From a virus (Duplodnaviria > Caudoviricetes): a stretch of 64,000 bases of DNA. This document shows positions 1 to 8,094 of this stretch, piece after piece. The stretch spans positions 31,137 through 95,136 of the IMG/VR virus record IMGVR_UViG_3300032216_001476. One strand, written 5' to 3'. How positions within the stretch are numbered: the stretch's first letter is position 1; every line of letters begins with the position of its first letter. A model generated the notes under the pieces. That model did not search any database, was not told the origin of the DNA, and saw only the letters and a list, made by a program, of their open reading frames with translations. Both the position numbers and the translations under genes were made by a program.

Positions 1-7
1 AAACAAA

Positions 8-454
8 ATGAAAGACACAATGAAGAAGTCTATTAATTTAGATGGAGTTAAGTTGCTTATTAAAACTACCTATGCAGGTAGAAGAAGTGAAACACCCTTG
101 TTTAGTGTTTCATCATCGGGTTATTCTTTCCTTAATATAAGTTTTGCAAACAAGTATTTCAAAACTCATAAGTCCAAACTGTTTATTCAAGCAGTAAGTT
201 ATAAGAATATGTTTTATCTACTTATTAGTAAAACTAAGAAGCAAGGATATTACAGTCTTACTAACAATCCTAATGGTGGTTATGCTGCCAAAATCAAAGG
301 ATTATCTGTTACTTTTGGTAAAAAAGGTATCACCACAAGGTACACTGTACAAATGGTTGATACAACAGATAAGACTATTAAAGCATTTCAAATTAAAAAT
401 GCTGCTGAAGACTTGTTTGTGACAAAAGAAAAAACTGATTTTGAAACTGCTTAA
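8..454 (+). CDS. hypothetical basic early protein
   Basis: 148-aa ORF, A-rich leader, no recognised motif. Confidence 0.7.
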   Translation: MKDTMKKSINLDGVKLLIKTTYAGRRSETPLFSVSSSGYSFLNISFANKYFKTHKSKLFIQAVSYKNMFYLLISKTKKQGYYSLTNNPNGGYAAKIKGLSVTFGKKGITTRYTVQMVDTTDKTIKAFQIKNAAEDLFVTKEKTDFETA

Positions 455-464
455 AATTTAAAAA

Positions 465-626
465 ATGGATTTAAAGTTGAAAGAACGTAGAGAACGTGTT
501 ATTGCTCGTTTGAAAGAGCAACTTAAGAAAGGTGTAAAAACAAATAAAGATCTTACATTAGATCTCACACCTACAGATGTTGCAAGAATCAATAAGGAAA
601 TAGAAATTTTAAGTCAGAGAGTTTAA
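465..626 (+). CDS. small hypothetical protein (53 aa, not in ORF track)
   Basis: ATG 465 after AAAA; MDLKLKERRERVIARLKEQL...SQRV, TAA at 624-626. Confidence 0.65.
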   Translation: MDLKLKERRERVIARLKEQLKKGVKTNKDLTLDLTPTDVARINKEIEILSQRV

Positions 627-631
627 AATTA

Positions 632-779
632 TTACATTTGATGTTGAGAGCCATATTTGTATTAACCGACAAAAGGGATGGTATAACTTAGTAAACAGTA
701 TAATTAGTACTAGTTATACAGTTGAAAAGTATGAATTCCCCTAAGCAACTTAGAGAATATGTCCTCAACATAAATGTAA
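632..779 (+). ncRNA. putative structured RNA domain A (closed multi-branch)
   Basis: TTACATTT/AAATGTAA, ATGTTGAG/CTCAACAT and CATATT/AATATG outer stem; inner GTATAACT/AGTTATAC and CTAAG/CTTAG hairpins; intergenic. Confidence 0.55.
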
Positions 780-784
780 ATAAC

Positions 785-897
785 AGTACATTTGTAAATA
801 AAGAAAAGAAGTAGATAATACCACTACATTTCTCCCAATAGTCAATAAGTGAAGAACATTATAGACTATAGTTGTATCTGGTTTTTACATATGTACT
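785..897 (+). ncRNA. putative structured RNA domain B, directly 5' of tRNA
   Basis: AGTACAT-TGTAAA pairs with TTTACA-ATGTACT; inner GTAG/CTAC and ATAGTC/GACTAT. Confidence 0.5.
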
Positions 898-900
898 AAT

Positions 901-975
901 GGACCCTTAGCTCAGTTGGTTAGTAGCACCTGACTCATAATCAGGGGGTCGTAGGTTCAAATCCTACAGGGTCCA
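901..975 (+). tRNA. tRNA with CAU anticodon, most likely tRNA-Ile2 (lysidine type, reads AUA)
   Basis: GGACCCT/AGGGTCC acceptor, CCTGA-CTCATAA-TCAGG anticodon arm, GTAGG-TTCAAAT-CCTAC T arm; body resembles bacterial Ile2 rather than Met tRNAs; CCA not encoded. Confidence 0.9.
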
Positions 976-1021
976 CATTTTAAACTAACAATTAATTTTA
1001 AATTATATAAAAAAAAATAAA

Positions 1022-1429
1022 ATGAATATTAAAAAACTTTCTTTTATAAAAGAAAATGATATTTGGTATGCTGACCTTCCTGAATTTTTAGAAGCAGGTC
1101 TTGGTACAAAAGCTAATTTAATGATGGTAGATGGAGCAGATACATTTTTAGATATTTTATCTAAGAATGGAGATTCTATTACTTTAAATATTTCAGATGA
1201 AGTTTTTGATGGTTATCAAAGTAGTATGAAAAAAATTAAAAAAGGATTAAATGCTCAATTATTAGAACTTGTAGGTCATGCTAAAGTTGACTACGGTGCA
1301 TATTATAATGTTTTAGAACATAATAATCAATCATTTAATCATAAATTGTGGCTATGTCCTGTAACAGAATATGTATTTGGATATTATCCAGATAATATTT
1401 ATGTATCAATTATTAAACTACAGTCATAA
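1022..1429 (+). CDS. DUF6717-like phage protein
   Basis: WYADLP..MVDGADTFLD..WLCPVTEYVFG..P..IY pattern. Confidence 0.65.
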   Translation: MNIKKLSFIKENDIWYADLPEFLEAGLGTKANLMMVDGADTFLDILSKNGDSITLNISDEVFDGYQSSMKKIKKGLNAQLLELVGHAKVDYGAYYNVLEHNNQSFNHKLWLCPVTEYVFGYYPDNIYVSIIKLQS

Positions 1430-1443
1430 ACAAAAACACCATA

Positions 1444-1526
1444 ACAGTTTTTGGGGTAACTATACATCTTTATCAAGTGATAAAAAAACCTTAAAGTATA
1501 GTCGTTGTGTTGGTGACACAAACTGT
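1444..1526 (+). ncRNA. putative pseudoknotted RNA domain C
   Basis: ACAGTTT/AAACTGT closing stem; crossing helices TTGGGGT/ACCTTAA and ACTATAC/GTATAGT; hairpins TTTATCA/TGATAAA and TGTGT/ACACA. Confidence 0.55.
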
Positions 1527-1557
1527 AGTTTTTTTAAACAATATTAATTAAATAAAA

Positions 1558-1770
1558 ATGAGACATCCAAACCAAAGAAATGTTGTAAGTTTTATGATTG
1601 TAAATGGTAAAAAAGGAGATACATTTTACACTCATAAAAAAAACAAAGATGTAACCGCTATTGCTTCTTATTATGATAGAGAAGTTACCACTACAAGAGT
1701 TATTAATCTTGAAGGTAACTTTAATAAACCTATAGTTAAAACATTAACAAAAGTAATTATTAAAAAATAA
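1558..1770 (+). CDS. hypothetical protein
   Basis: 70-aa ORF with A-rich leader. Confidence 0.7.
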   Translation: MRHPNQRNVVSFMIVNGKKGDTFYTHKKNKDVTAIASYYDREVTTTRVINLEGNFNKPIVKTLTKVIIKK

Positions 1771-1779
1771 ACAACAATT

Positions 1780-2031
1780 ATGTACAGAGAACCAGTAACA
1801 GCAAGAGAAAGAGAAATTCCACAGGAAGTTATGCCAGAGTACAAAAGACCTAAACAAGAAGTTCTTAGTGATTACCCCATTACTATTAGATTTTTATCTA
1901 TAGGATGTATTGTTGAAGTGGGGTGTAAGAGTATTCCATTTACTAGTATAGTTGATGCTATGAGAGAGGTTAATGAATATGTAGAAAATCCTCATGAAGC
2001 TCAAGAGAAATGGAGAAGGATTTTGTCTTAA
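1780..2031 (+). CDS. hypothetical protein
   Basis: 83-aa ORF, tightly packed after previous gene. Confidence 0.75.
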   Translation: MYREPVTAREREIPQEVMPEYKRPKQEVLSDYPITIRFLSIGCIVEVGCKSIPFTSIVDAMREVNEYVENPHEAQEKWRRILS

Positions 2032-2040
2032 CAAAATATT

Positions 2041-2176
2041 AGTCAGGTGGCGGAAGGATAGGGGTTTCCCCTGTCGTGGTAGAAGCAATAGATGGTTATA
2101 GCACTATGGGTAAAAAACACAATGCGTGTGGTCACTATAATGACAGCCCTTGGAGGTTCAAACCCTCCCCTAACTA
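2041..2176 (+). ncRNA. expanded tRNA-like RNA (136 nt)
   Basis: AGTCAGG/CCTAACT acceptor (one mismatch), canonical T arm GGAGG-TTCAAAC-CCTCC, Leu-type D-arm halves TGGCGGAA..TGGTAGA split by an inserted hairpin, branched variable region. Confidence 0.7.
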
Positions 2177-2311
2177 CACGTTCTACTTAATCAATAGATA
2201 GTTCATCCCTGAATGATAAGAAATGGTGTGATAACCATATGGGTCAGTTCACCCTAAATGGAGCAATAAAGGGTACGGTTAACTGCCGTGAGATAATATC
2301 AACAAAAGTTT

Positions 2312-2442
2312 ATAAGAGAAGTGGTTGAAGCTGTTAATTAGCACACCACTGATAAAGGTGACTATACTGAACAAGGGTTTGTAGTAGGTATAGATAAAAT
2401 CAGGCTAATCAGAAATCCTGAAAGACCCACAGCTTCTCTTAT
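2312..2442 (+). ncRNA. putative structured RNA domain D
   Basis: 10-bp ATAAGAGAAG/CTTCTCTTAT closing stem; AGTGGT/ACCACT, CTATAC/GTATAG, TCAGG/CCTGA; possible GGGTTT/AGACCC pseudoknot. Confidence 0.55.
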
Positions 2443-2447
2443 TTACA

Positions 2448-2536
2448 TGCCATAGAGATTTTTAAATCTCCTACTTACTTACGATAAGGAAGGTTATGGT
2501 AGGTAACAGCATATAGTAGTGACGCTGTTAATTTTT
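2448..2536 (+). ncRNA. structured domain E plus terminator-like hairpin
   Basis: TGCCATA/TATGGTA enclosing GAGATT/AATCTC; then TAACAGC/GCTGTTA followed by ATTTTT. Confidence 0.45.
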
Positions 2537-2557
2537 AAATTAATAAATTATAATAAA

Positions 2558-2656
2558 ATGAAAAGTATAGTTTTTTTATTATCTTTCCTAATAGGAATTA
2601 TTAGTTTTATAGTAACGTATCCATTTATCTATTTATTTAAATTATTAAAAAGATAA
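2558..2656 (+). CDS. small membrane peptide (32 aa)
   Basis: MKSIVFLLSFLIGIISFIVTYPFIYLFKLLKR, single hydrophobic helix. Confidence 0.5.
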   Translation: MKSIVFLLSFLIGIISFIVTYPFIYLFKLLKR

Positions 2657-2665
2657 ATCAATTAA

Positions 2666-2751
2666 ACCTTGGTGGTGGAATTGGTAGACACGCAAGACTT
2701 AAAATCTTGTAACCAGAAATGGTTGTACGGGTTCGATTCCCGTCTAAGGTA
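2666..2751 (+). tRNA. tRNA-Leu(UAA)
   Basis: ACCTTGG/CTAAGGT acceptor, TGGTGGAATTGGTAGACACG D arm, CAAGA-CTTAAAA-TCTTG anticodon arm, long variable arm, ACGGG-TTCGATT-CCCGT. Confidence 0.95.
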
Positions 2752-2757
2752 CTAATG

Positions 2758-2792
2758 ATAACCTGGTATATAATTACCAGGTTATTTTTTTT
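2758..2792 (+). terminator. intrinsic terminator
   Basis: ATAACCTGGTA/TACCAGGTTAT stem plus T run after tRNA-Leu. Confidence 0.8.
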
Positions 2793-2807
2793 AACTAAAT
2801 TTATTTT

Positions 2808-3107
2808 ATGAAATTTTATCTACTTGATGGTGATAAAAAACCATACAATGTAACTTTAGAAGAAAGTTATAAATTATATGACAATCCTGAAATGAAAATT
2901 ACTAAACAGGAATATATTGGTAATATCTTAGTATCAACAGTATTTTTAGGAACTGATCACAGTTTTGGAGAATCAGAAATTCCTGTATTATGGGAAACTA
3001 TGGTATTTGGAGGACATTATAATGAATATCAAAGAAGATATACATCACATGAAGATGCACTAAAAGGTCATAATGAAATTATTAATATGATTAATCCAAG
3101 AAACTAA
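2808..3107 (+). CDS. conserved phage hypothetical protein
   Basis: VSTVFLG.DH.F..P.LWETMVFGG..YQRRY...AL.GH pattern. Confidence 0.75.
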   Translation: MKFYLLDGDKKPYNVTLEESYKLYDNPEMKITKQEYIGNILVSTVFLGTDHSFGESEIPVLWETMVFGGHYNEYQRRYTSHEDALKGHNEIINMINPRN

Positions 3108-3110
3108 CAT

Positions 3111-3353
3111 ATGACACCAAAAGAGAAAGCACTAGAACTATGGTGGACCTACTACTCTAGGATTGAACACACACTTTCTGAAGAGTATTCTTCTTATGAG
3201 AAAGACATTACAAAAAAGTTAGCTGTTATTGCAGTTGATGAGATTATTAACACTCTAAACTTTGATATTAGAGATTTAGATGTTAGAGGTAGTGTTTTAC
3301 TAGATCTAATCCAATATTGGAGAGATGTTAAACAAGAAATAGAAAAATTGTAA
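3111..3353 (+). CDS. hypothetical protein (MTPKEKA-type)
   Basis: 80-aa ORF, N-terminal MTPKEKALEL. Confidence 0.75.
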   Translation: MTPKEKALELWWTYYSRIEHTLSEEYSSYEKDITKKLAVIAVDEIINTLNFDIRDLDVRGSVLLDLIQYWRDVKQEIEKL

Positions 3354-3369
3354 ATCAAAAAATCAAAAA

Positions 3370-3564
3370 ATGACTTATTTATTTCAAGTTACAATCAAAC
3401 CAGAAATTAATGGTATTGAATTACCAACAACAACATTTTCAAGTGAAAACTCATTTGATCACTGCTATGAGAAAATTGATAACTTTTTTAAAAAGAAAGC
3501 AAAACCTGAAGACAAAAGAGTCTATGAGGTAATACACACAAGTACACAAACATTTAATGATTAA
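3370..3564 (+). CDS. hypothetical protein
   Basis: 64-aa ORF in operon. Confidence 0.65.
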   Translation: MTYLFQVTIKPEINGIELPTTTFSSENSFDHCYEKIDNFFKKKAKPEDKRVYEVIHTSTQTFND

Positions 3565-3569
3565 AAACT

Positions 3570-3656
3570 ATGAGCACAACAACATTTGGATTTTTATGGT
3601 TAATTGCTATGGCAGCAGTAGTATTAGTTGTATATAACTTAAAAAGAAATAACTAA
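3570..3656 (+). CDS. small membrane peptide (28 aa)
   Basis: MSTTTFGFLWLIAMAAVVLVVYNLKRNN; stop overlaps next ATG (TAATG). Confidence 0.55.
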   Translation: MSTTTFGFLWLIAMAAVVLVVYNLKRNN

Positions 3657-3973
3657 TGGAACCTAGTTATATAGTTATTGATGATGAAAGTGACTATCAT
3701 TATGATATATTCATAAATGAAACTGATAAAGGCACTGAATATAAAATATGTACAACAGGTGCCAAACATTATAATTCTCATGCAAGAAGAGAAGTTTTAT
3801 TATGTTTATTAGATGATGGCAATGGTTATAAAATAACAGAAGGTAAAATTTCAAACAGAATAGATTATAGTCAAATAGTAGAGTTAAATGTACTTCTAAA
3901 GACTATTTTCATGCATGAAAAAAACATATCTTCTGGTAAAATTATACCTACAGAGAAATCTATAAAATACTAA
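3656..3973 (+). CDS. hypothetical protein
   Basis: 105-aa ORF. Confidence 0.7.
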   Translation: MEPSYIVIDDESDYHYDIFINETDKGTEYKICTTGAKHYNSHARREVLLCLLDDGNGYKITEGKISNRIDYSQIVELNVLLKTIFMHEKNISSGKIIPTEKSIKY

Positions 3974-3983
3974 AAATTAAAAA

Positions 3984-4520
3984 ATGAATGAGCATTTTAA
4001 TGACATGAAAGAGTATTATTTAAATTATACTAAAGAATCTCTTATCAAAGATGGGTATATAGTTCCAAGTTTTGCAATTTTTGCATATAAAACATCTGAT
4101 AACTTTCCTGCTATGATACAAATGCCTATTCCTGGTAGTTTTCTTGAGTCTGATGAGTCTAAAGAAAACTTCATTAATAACGTATTTCCATTAATGGCAG
4201 AACAAGTTAGAAAAGAATTTAAACCTTTTGCAATATTGTGGTCATCAGAAGCATATTTTAGAGAAACAAGTGCTGATTTTGATCTTGAAAAAAATGATTT
4301 TAGAGATATTCCTATTAAAAAGGAAATATTAATAATCACTATCGATACTGCAGAAAACAATGAGGTTAAATTGTATGATATCAAAAGAAATGGTATGACT
4401 GTCAATAATGAAGGACTTGTTGATAGTATAGAAATTTCTGTAATGGAAGAAGAAGTAAATTCTTCAGATTTTTCAGGTAGATTTTCTAATCTTTATAAAA
4501 AACTAATGGGTGAATTATGA
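3984..4520 (+). CDS. hypothetical acidic protein
   Basis: 178-aa ORF. Confidence 0.75.
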   Translation: MNEHFNDMKEYYLNYTKESLIKDGYIVPSFAIFAYKTSDNFPAMIQMPIPGSFLESDESKENFINNVFPLMAEQVRKEFKPFAILWSSEAYFRETSADFDLEKNDFRDIPIKKEILIITIDTAENNEVKLYDIKRNGMTVNNEGLVDSIEISVMEEEVNSSDFSGRFSNLYKKLMGEL

Positions 4521-4672
4521 TTGAATGGATTAAAAAATTATTGTACAGTAAAAAAGTAGACGAATTAAAGAAAGAGAACTTAGAATTAAAGAAAAAAATA
4601 TTAGAGAAACAAGAGCAGATTAATAAAACAAATGCTTATTGGAAAAAGAGATTTTATAGTAAAAATATATAG
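4517..4672 (+). CDS. small coiled-coil protein (51 aa, not in ORF track)
   Basis: ATGA overlap with upstream stop; MIEWIKKLL...QEQINKTNAYWKKRF. Confidence 0.6.
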   Translation: MIEWIKKLLYSKKVDELKKENLELKKKILEKQEQINKTNAYWKKRFYSKNI

Positions 4673-4746
4673 CTCTATTATCCATGTTATTTTCTAAATT
4701 ATTTTGAAATCTGTAAGTATAAGATTAGTTTTAATTATATAAAAAC

Positions 4747-5013
4747 TTGCTTATGCTTTATCAATTACCTAATGGAAAGGTAATAGAGATGAGTACAGAG
4801 CAGTTCATTGAAATGTCAGATGAAGAACTTGAATATCTAATTGCTTATAATTATGGAGATGTGCAAGAAAACCCTTGGTTTGGTTCCATACTTGATAAAC
4901 AAGATAAAACAGAACTATCAGATGCCTTCACAGAACTACCTCCAGACTTAACAGACGTACCTCCTATCGAAAAAATATCCGATTTAGACATAGATTATGA
5001 AGAAAACGAATAA
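4747..5013 (+). CDS. hypothetical acidic protein
   Basis: MLYQLPNGKVIEMS..; start probably ATG 4753. Confidence 0.7.
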   Translation: MLMLYQLPNGKVIEMSTEQFIEMSDEELEYLIAYNYGDVQENPWFGSILDKQDKTELSDAFTELPPDLTDVPPIEKISDLDIDYEENE

Positions 5014-5037
5014 ACCTTTATAATTTATAACATCTTG

Positions 5038-5062
5038 ACCCTCTAAACTTAGAGGGTTTTTT
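5038..5062 (+). terminator. intrinsic terminator
   Basis: ACCCTCTAA/TTAGAGGGT plus T run. Confidence 0.75.
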
Positions 5063-5094
5063 ATTTTATAACATTCATTAAAAAATCAAAAAAA

Positions 5095-5577
5095 ATGAAA
5101 ACAGTAATCTCAAAATCAAACGTGTATGTATCTGCAGACGAAACAGGAAACATTGTAAGAGTATTTGAAGGTAATCCAGAGTATGGATATATCTCTATTA
5201 AACAATCTGTGCAATCTATTAATGCTGATGGTTGGGTTAGTAATCAAATTAGAAGTTGTCAAATAAAAGGTAAAGTGGAAGATTTAGTTACATTTAACTA
5301 CAAAGATGGTCAAGTACTTCCTGGTCATATTGTAATTAAGGAAGCTCTCACACCTTTTAATCAAAATAACCCTTCAGCCAATCTTAAAATTGCAGGTAGT
5401 ACAGGTGTTATTTGTAGAGTTGATGATGAACCTATTTATCGTCAGTCTGTATATACTACAGATGTGAATATGAGTGATGAACTTATTGATCATACAAATT
5501 CTGAAGAAATTAAAGAAGCTTTGAATGCTCAAAAAGAACTCATAAAAATGGGTATATTTTCACAAACTACTCTCTAA
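5095..5577 (+). CDS. hypothetical protein (beta-rich, possible OB fold)
   Basis: 160-aa ORF flanked by terminators. Confidence 0.7.
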   Translation: MKTVISKSNVYVSADETGNIVRVFEGNPEYGYISIKQSVQSINADGWVSNQIRSCQIKGKVEDLVTFNYKDGQVLPGHIVIKEALTPFNQNNPSANLKIAGSTGVICRVDDEPIYRQSVYTTDVNMSDELIDHTNSEEIKEALNAQKELIKMGIFSQTTL

Positions 5578-5593
5578 CTCTTATTTCTAAATT

Positions 5594-5626
5594 ATAAAGG
5601 GGGAACTTAACAACTTCCCCCTTTAT
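5594..5626 (+). terminator. terminator hairpin
   Basis: ATAAAGGGGGAA/TTCCCCCTTTAT. Confidence 0.7.
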
Positions 5627-5665
5627 TATAACACCTTTGTATAAATCTTTTAAAAATCTAATTTT

Positions 5666-6193
5666 ATGTATTATAATCCAAACAAAACTATAGCAGCAAA
5701 CGAAAAAGGTATAATCATATCTTACAGAGATATGAATAAAGACAAATGGATTCCCTATGAACATAAACAATTCACAAAGGTTTTTTCTCAAACTGATATT
5801 AAAAAAAGCAAATATCAAAACAATGAAATTCAATTCAATTTTAAACAACATAAACTATATTGTGAAGCACTTTATGGTTTAGATGCTTATACAAAAGAAG
5901 AAGTAGAAAAAATGCCTCAAAGTTTAAGGAACACAATTATTGTAATGTACAATAAAGCACAAAGAATACTTAATAATTTGAAGCAAGAAGTAAGTAATAA
6001 AGGTGTTGATAATTTGATGTCTATTCTATTTCCTCATTCTTCTTTTGTAAAAGAGTTTGTTAAAGTAAATGGATATGATCCAACTACTAAAAACTTATCT
6101 TCGTTTAGAGAATTGAAAATAACAAAAGAAATGATTGCTAAAGAGTTTGTAAAATTTAGGATATTGCCATTAGATTTTTTTAGTATTACATAA
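5666..6193 (+). CDS. hypothetical protein
   Basis: 175-aa ORF. Confidence 0.7.
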   Translation: MYYNPNKTIAANEKGIIISYRDMNKDKWIPYEHKQFTKVFSQTDIKKSKYQNNEIQFNFKQHKLYCEALYGLDAYTKEEVEKMPQSLRNTIIVMYNKAQRILNNLKQEVSNKGVDNLMSILFPHSSFVKEFVKVNGYDPTTKNLSSFRELKITKEMIAKEFVKFRILPLDFFSIT

Positions 6194-6201
6194 AAACAAA
6201 A

Positions 6202-6585
6202 ATGCAAGCAAAACAAAAAATATGTGCTGGTTGTAACCAACCAAAGTACATTTGGAAATCACATGGAAAAGAAAAATATTGTAAAGAATGTTGGTATAAT
6301 ATTGAAAAACCAAAATCAATCCCTAAAATTAGTGAGAAAATGAAAGACATAAGAGAAGAATACACTAAAAAAAGGATTGCTTTTTTATCCATGTTTCCTA
6401 ATTGTCAAGCTAAACTTGTTGATTGTACCCATAAGTCAACCGATGTACATCATAAAGCTGGTCGTGGAGAAAATCATAATAAGATTTCTACATGGCTGGC
6501 TGTATGTCGGTCTTGTCATACATGGATAGAAGAACATCCACAAGAAGCTAAAGAATTAGGGTTTTCTGATAATCGTTTAATTTAA
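6202..6585 (+). CDS. Zn-finger/HNH-type nuclease
   Basis: CxxC..CxxC then CQ..C..DVHH..GRG..LAVCRSCHTWIE. Confidence 0.7.
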   Translation: MQAKQKICAGCNQPKYIWKSHGKEKYCKECWYNIEKPKSIPKISEKMKDIREEYTKKRIAFLSMFPNCQAKLVDCTHKSTDVHHKAGRGENHNKISTWLAVCRSCHTWIEEHPQEAKELGFSDNRLI

Positions 6586-6590
6586 AAAAT

Positions 6591-7721
6591 GTGAATAGTA
6601 AAAGAGAAGAAATTCAAAAACAAGCACTAGAAATATCTATTAAAAATAGACGTTGTGGTCTTGGTATATCAATGGGTGTCGGTAAGACTCTCATTGGTCT
6701 TAATTATATTGATCATTTTCAGAAAGCTAATATGGGTAAACTAAATATTTTAATAGTAGCACCTAAGCTTTCTATATTTGATTCATGGAAATCAGATGCA
6801 CAGAAGTTTAATATAAATATAGATAATGTAAATTTTACCACTTACTTATCTTTAAATAAGTGGAATCCTCATGCTTATGATATTTTAATATTAGACGAGT
6901 GCCATAGTTTATTAAATAGTCATCAGTTTTTTTTGACTTTGTTTACAGGAAGAATTCTTGGTCTCACTGGTACTCCTCCAAGATATCACAACTCTGAAAA
7001 GGGTATGATAGTAAACCAATATTGTCCTATTCTCTATAATTATATCACTGATAATGCAATATCAGATGAAATATTAAATGATTATAGAATAATAGTTCAT
7101 AAAATGGAGCTTTCTCATAAAAATGATATGTTTATTAATCTAAAAAATAGTCAATTTTATACTTCAGAGTATAATAATTATAACTATTGGACTGATAAAC
7201 TAAACAGATCAAGGAGTCCAAGAGAAAGACAAATGAATTCTATATTTAGGATGAAGTCTTTGATGGAGTATAAAACAAAGGAAGTCTATGCAAAGTATTT
7301 ACTAAATGAAATAGATCTAAAATGCATAGTGTTTTGTAATACACAAAAACAAGCAGATGATATTTGCAATTATTCTTATCATTCTAAAAACGCAGAGAGT
7401 GAACAAAATCTTCAGTTATTTAAAGAAGATAAAATTATGAAACTCTCTTGTGTTTTACAGCTTAATGAAGGTGTAAATATACCAAACTTAGAATCAGGTA
7501 TTATAATGCACTCATATGGTAATGAGCGTAAGAGTTCTCAAAGAATAGGTAGATTACTTAGATTAAATCCAGAGAATACATCAACAATACATATACTATG
7601 TTATAAAGATACTGTTGATGAACACTGGATTCAAGAAGCACTCAAAGACCTAGATTCAAATAAAATTAAATACTTTGATGTAAAAATTCCTACTAACAAT
7701 GAATCATCACTTTACAGGTAA
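6591..7721 (+). CDS. superfamily 2 (DExH) helicase
   Basis: MGVGKT Walker A, DECH, LGLTGTP, LNEGVNIP, QRIGRLLR. Confidence 0.9.
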   Translation: MNSKREEIQKQALEISIKNRRCGLGISMGVGKTLIGLNYIDHFQKANMGKLNILIVAPKLSIFDSWKSDAQKFNINIDNVNFTTYLSLNKWNPHAYDILILDECHSLLNSHQFFLTLFTGRILGLTGTPPRYHNSEKGMIVNQYCPILYNYITDNAISDEILNDYRIIVHKMELSHKNDMFINLKNSQFYTSEYNNYNYWTDKLNRSRSPRERQMNSIFRMKSLMEYKTKEVYAKYLLNEIDLKCIVFCNTQKQADDICNYSYHSKNAESEQNLQLFKEDKIMKLSCVLQLNEGVNIPNLESGIIMHSYGNERKSSQRIGRLLRLNPENTSTIHILCYKDTVDEHWIQEALKDLDSNKIKYFDVKIPTNNESSLYR

Positions 7722-8094
7722 GTTTGTTAAACGTAATGGAGCACTTCATCCTTATTCATTAAGTATATTGAAACAACAAGAATTGTTTGTATCAAATATA
7801 CCCGATGGTAGTATAGTGGAAACTTTCTATGAAATACAACATGACGATGGTACTCTTCCTCAATTAGCTAAGTTGCATGTTATGATAAAACAACTGTCTA
7901 CACACATTGGTGAAACAGTTGAAAACATGAAACTCTTAGTAAAAGATAGAGCAGGTCTTTGTATAGCCAGAGAAGTATCTGGTAAAGAGTATTTCTTAGC
8001 AAAAAGTTTTGGTGAATGTTCTAAAGAAGAACTATCATTAGCCATACAAGCTGCTATTGAAATAGGTGAAACAGTTAATTACCCTCTATATTAG
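7699..8094 (+). CDS. putative NinB/Orf-like recombination accessory protein
   Basis: QLAKLHVMIKQLS.HIGE..E.MK...KSFGECSKEELS pattern. Confidence 0.45.
   Translation: MNHHFTGKFVKRNGALHPYSLSILKQQELFVSNIPDGSIVETFYEIQHDDGTLPQLAKLHVMIKQLSTHIGETVENMKLLVKDRAGLCIAREVSGKEYFLAKSFGECSKEELSLAIQAAIEIGETVNYPLY

Noticed and set aside
901-975. tRNA-Met or initiator tRNA
   Set aside because: Paired G1-C72, no three consecutive G-C pairs at the base of the anticodon stem, and an Ile2-like body.
2349-2428. Hammerhead ribozyme (CTGATAA...GAAA)
   Set aside because: Core deviates from CUGANGA and stems I-III cannot be arranged around it.
632-2536. CRISPR array or mini-array
   Set aside because: No regularly spaced direct repeats; the signal is internal complementarity and no cas genes are present.
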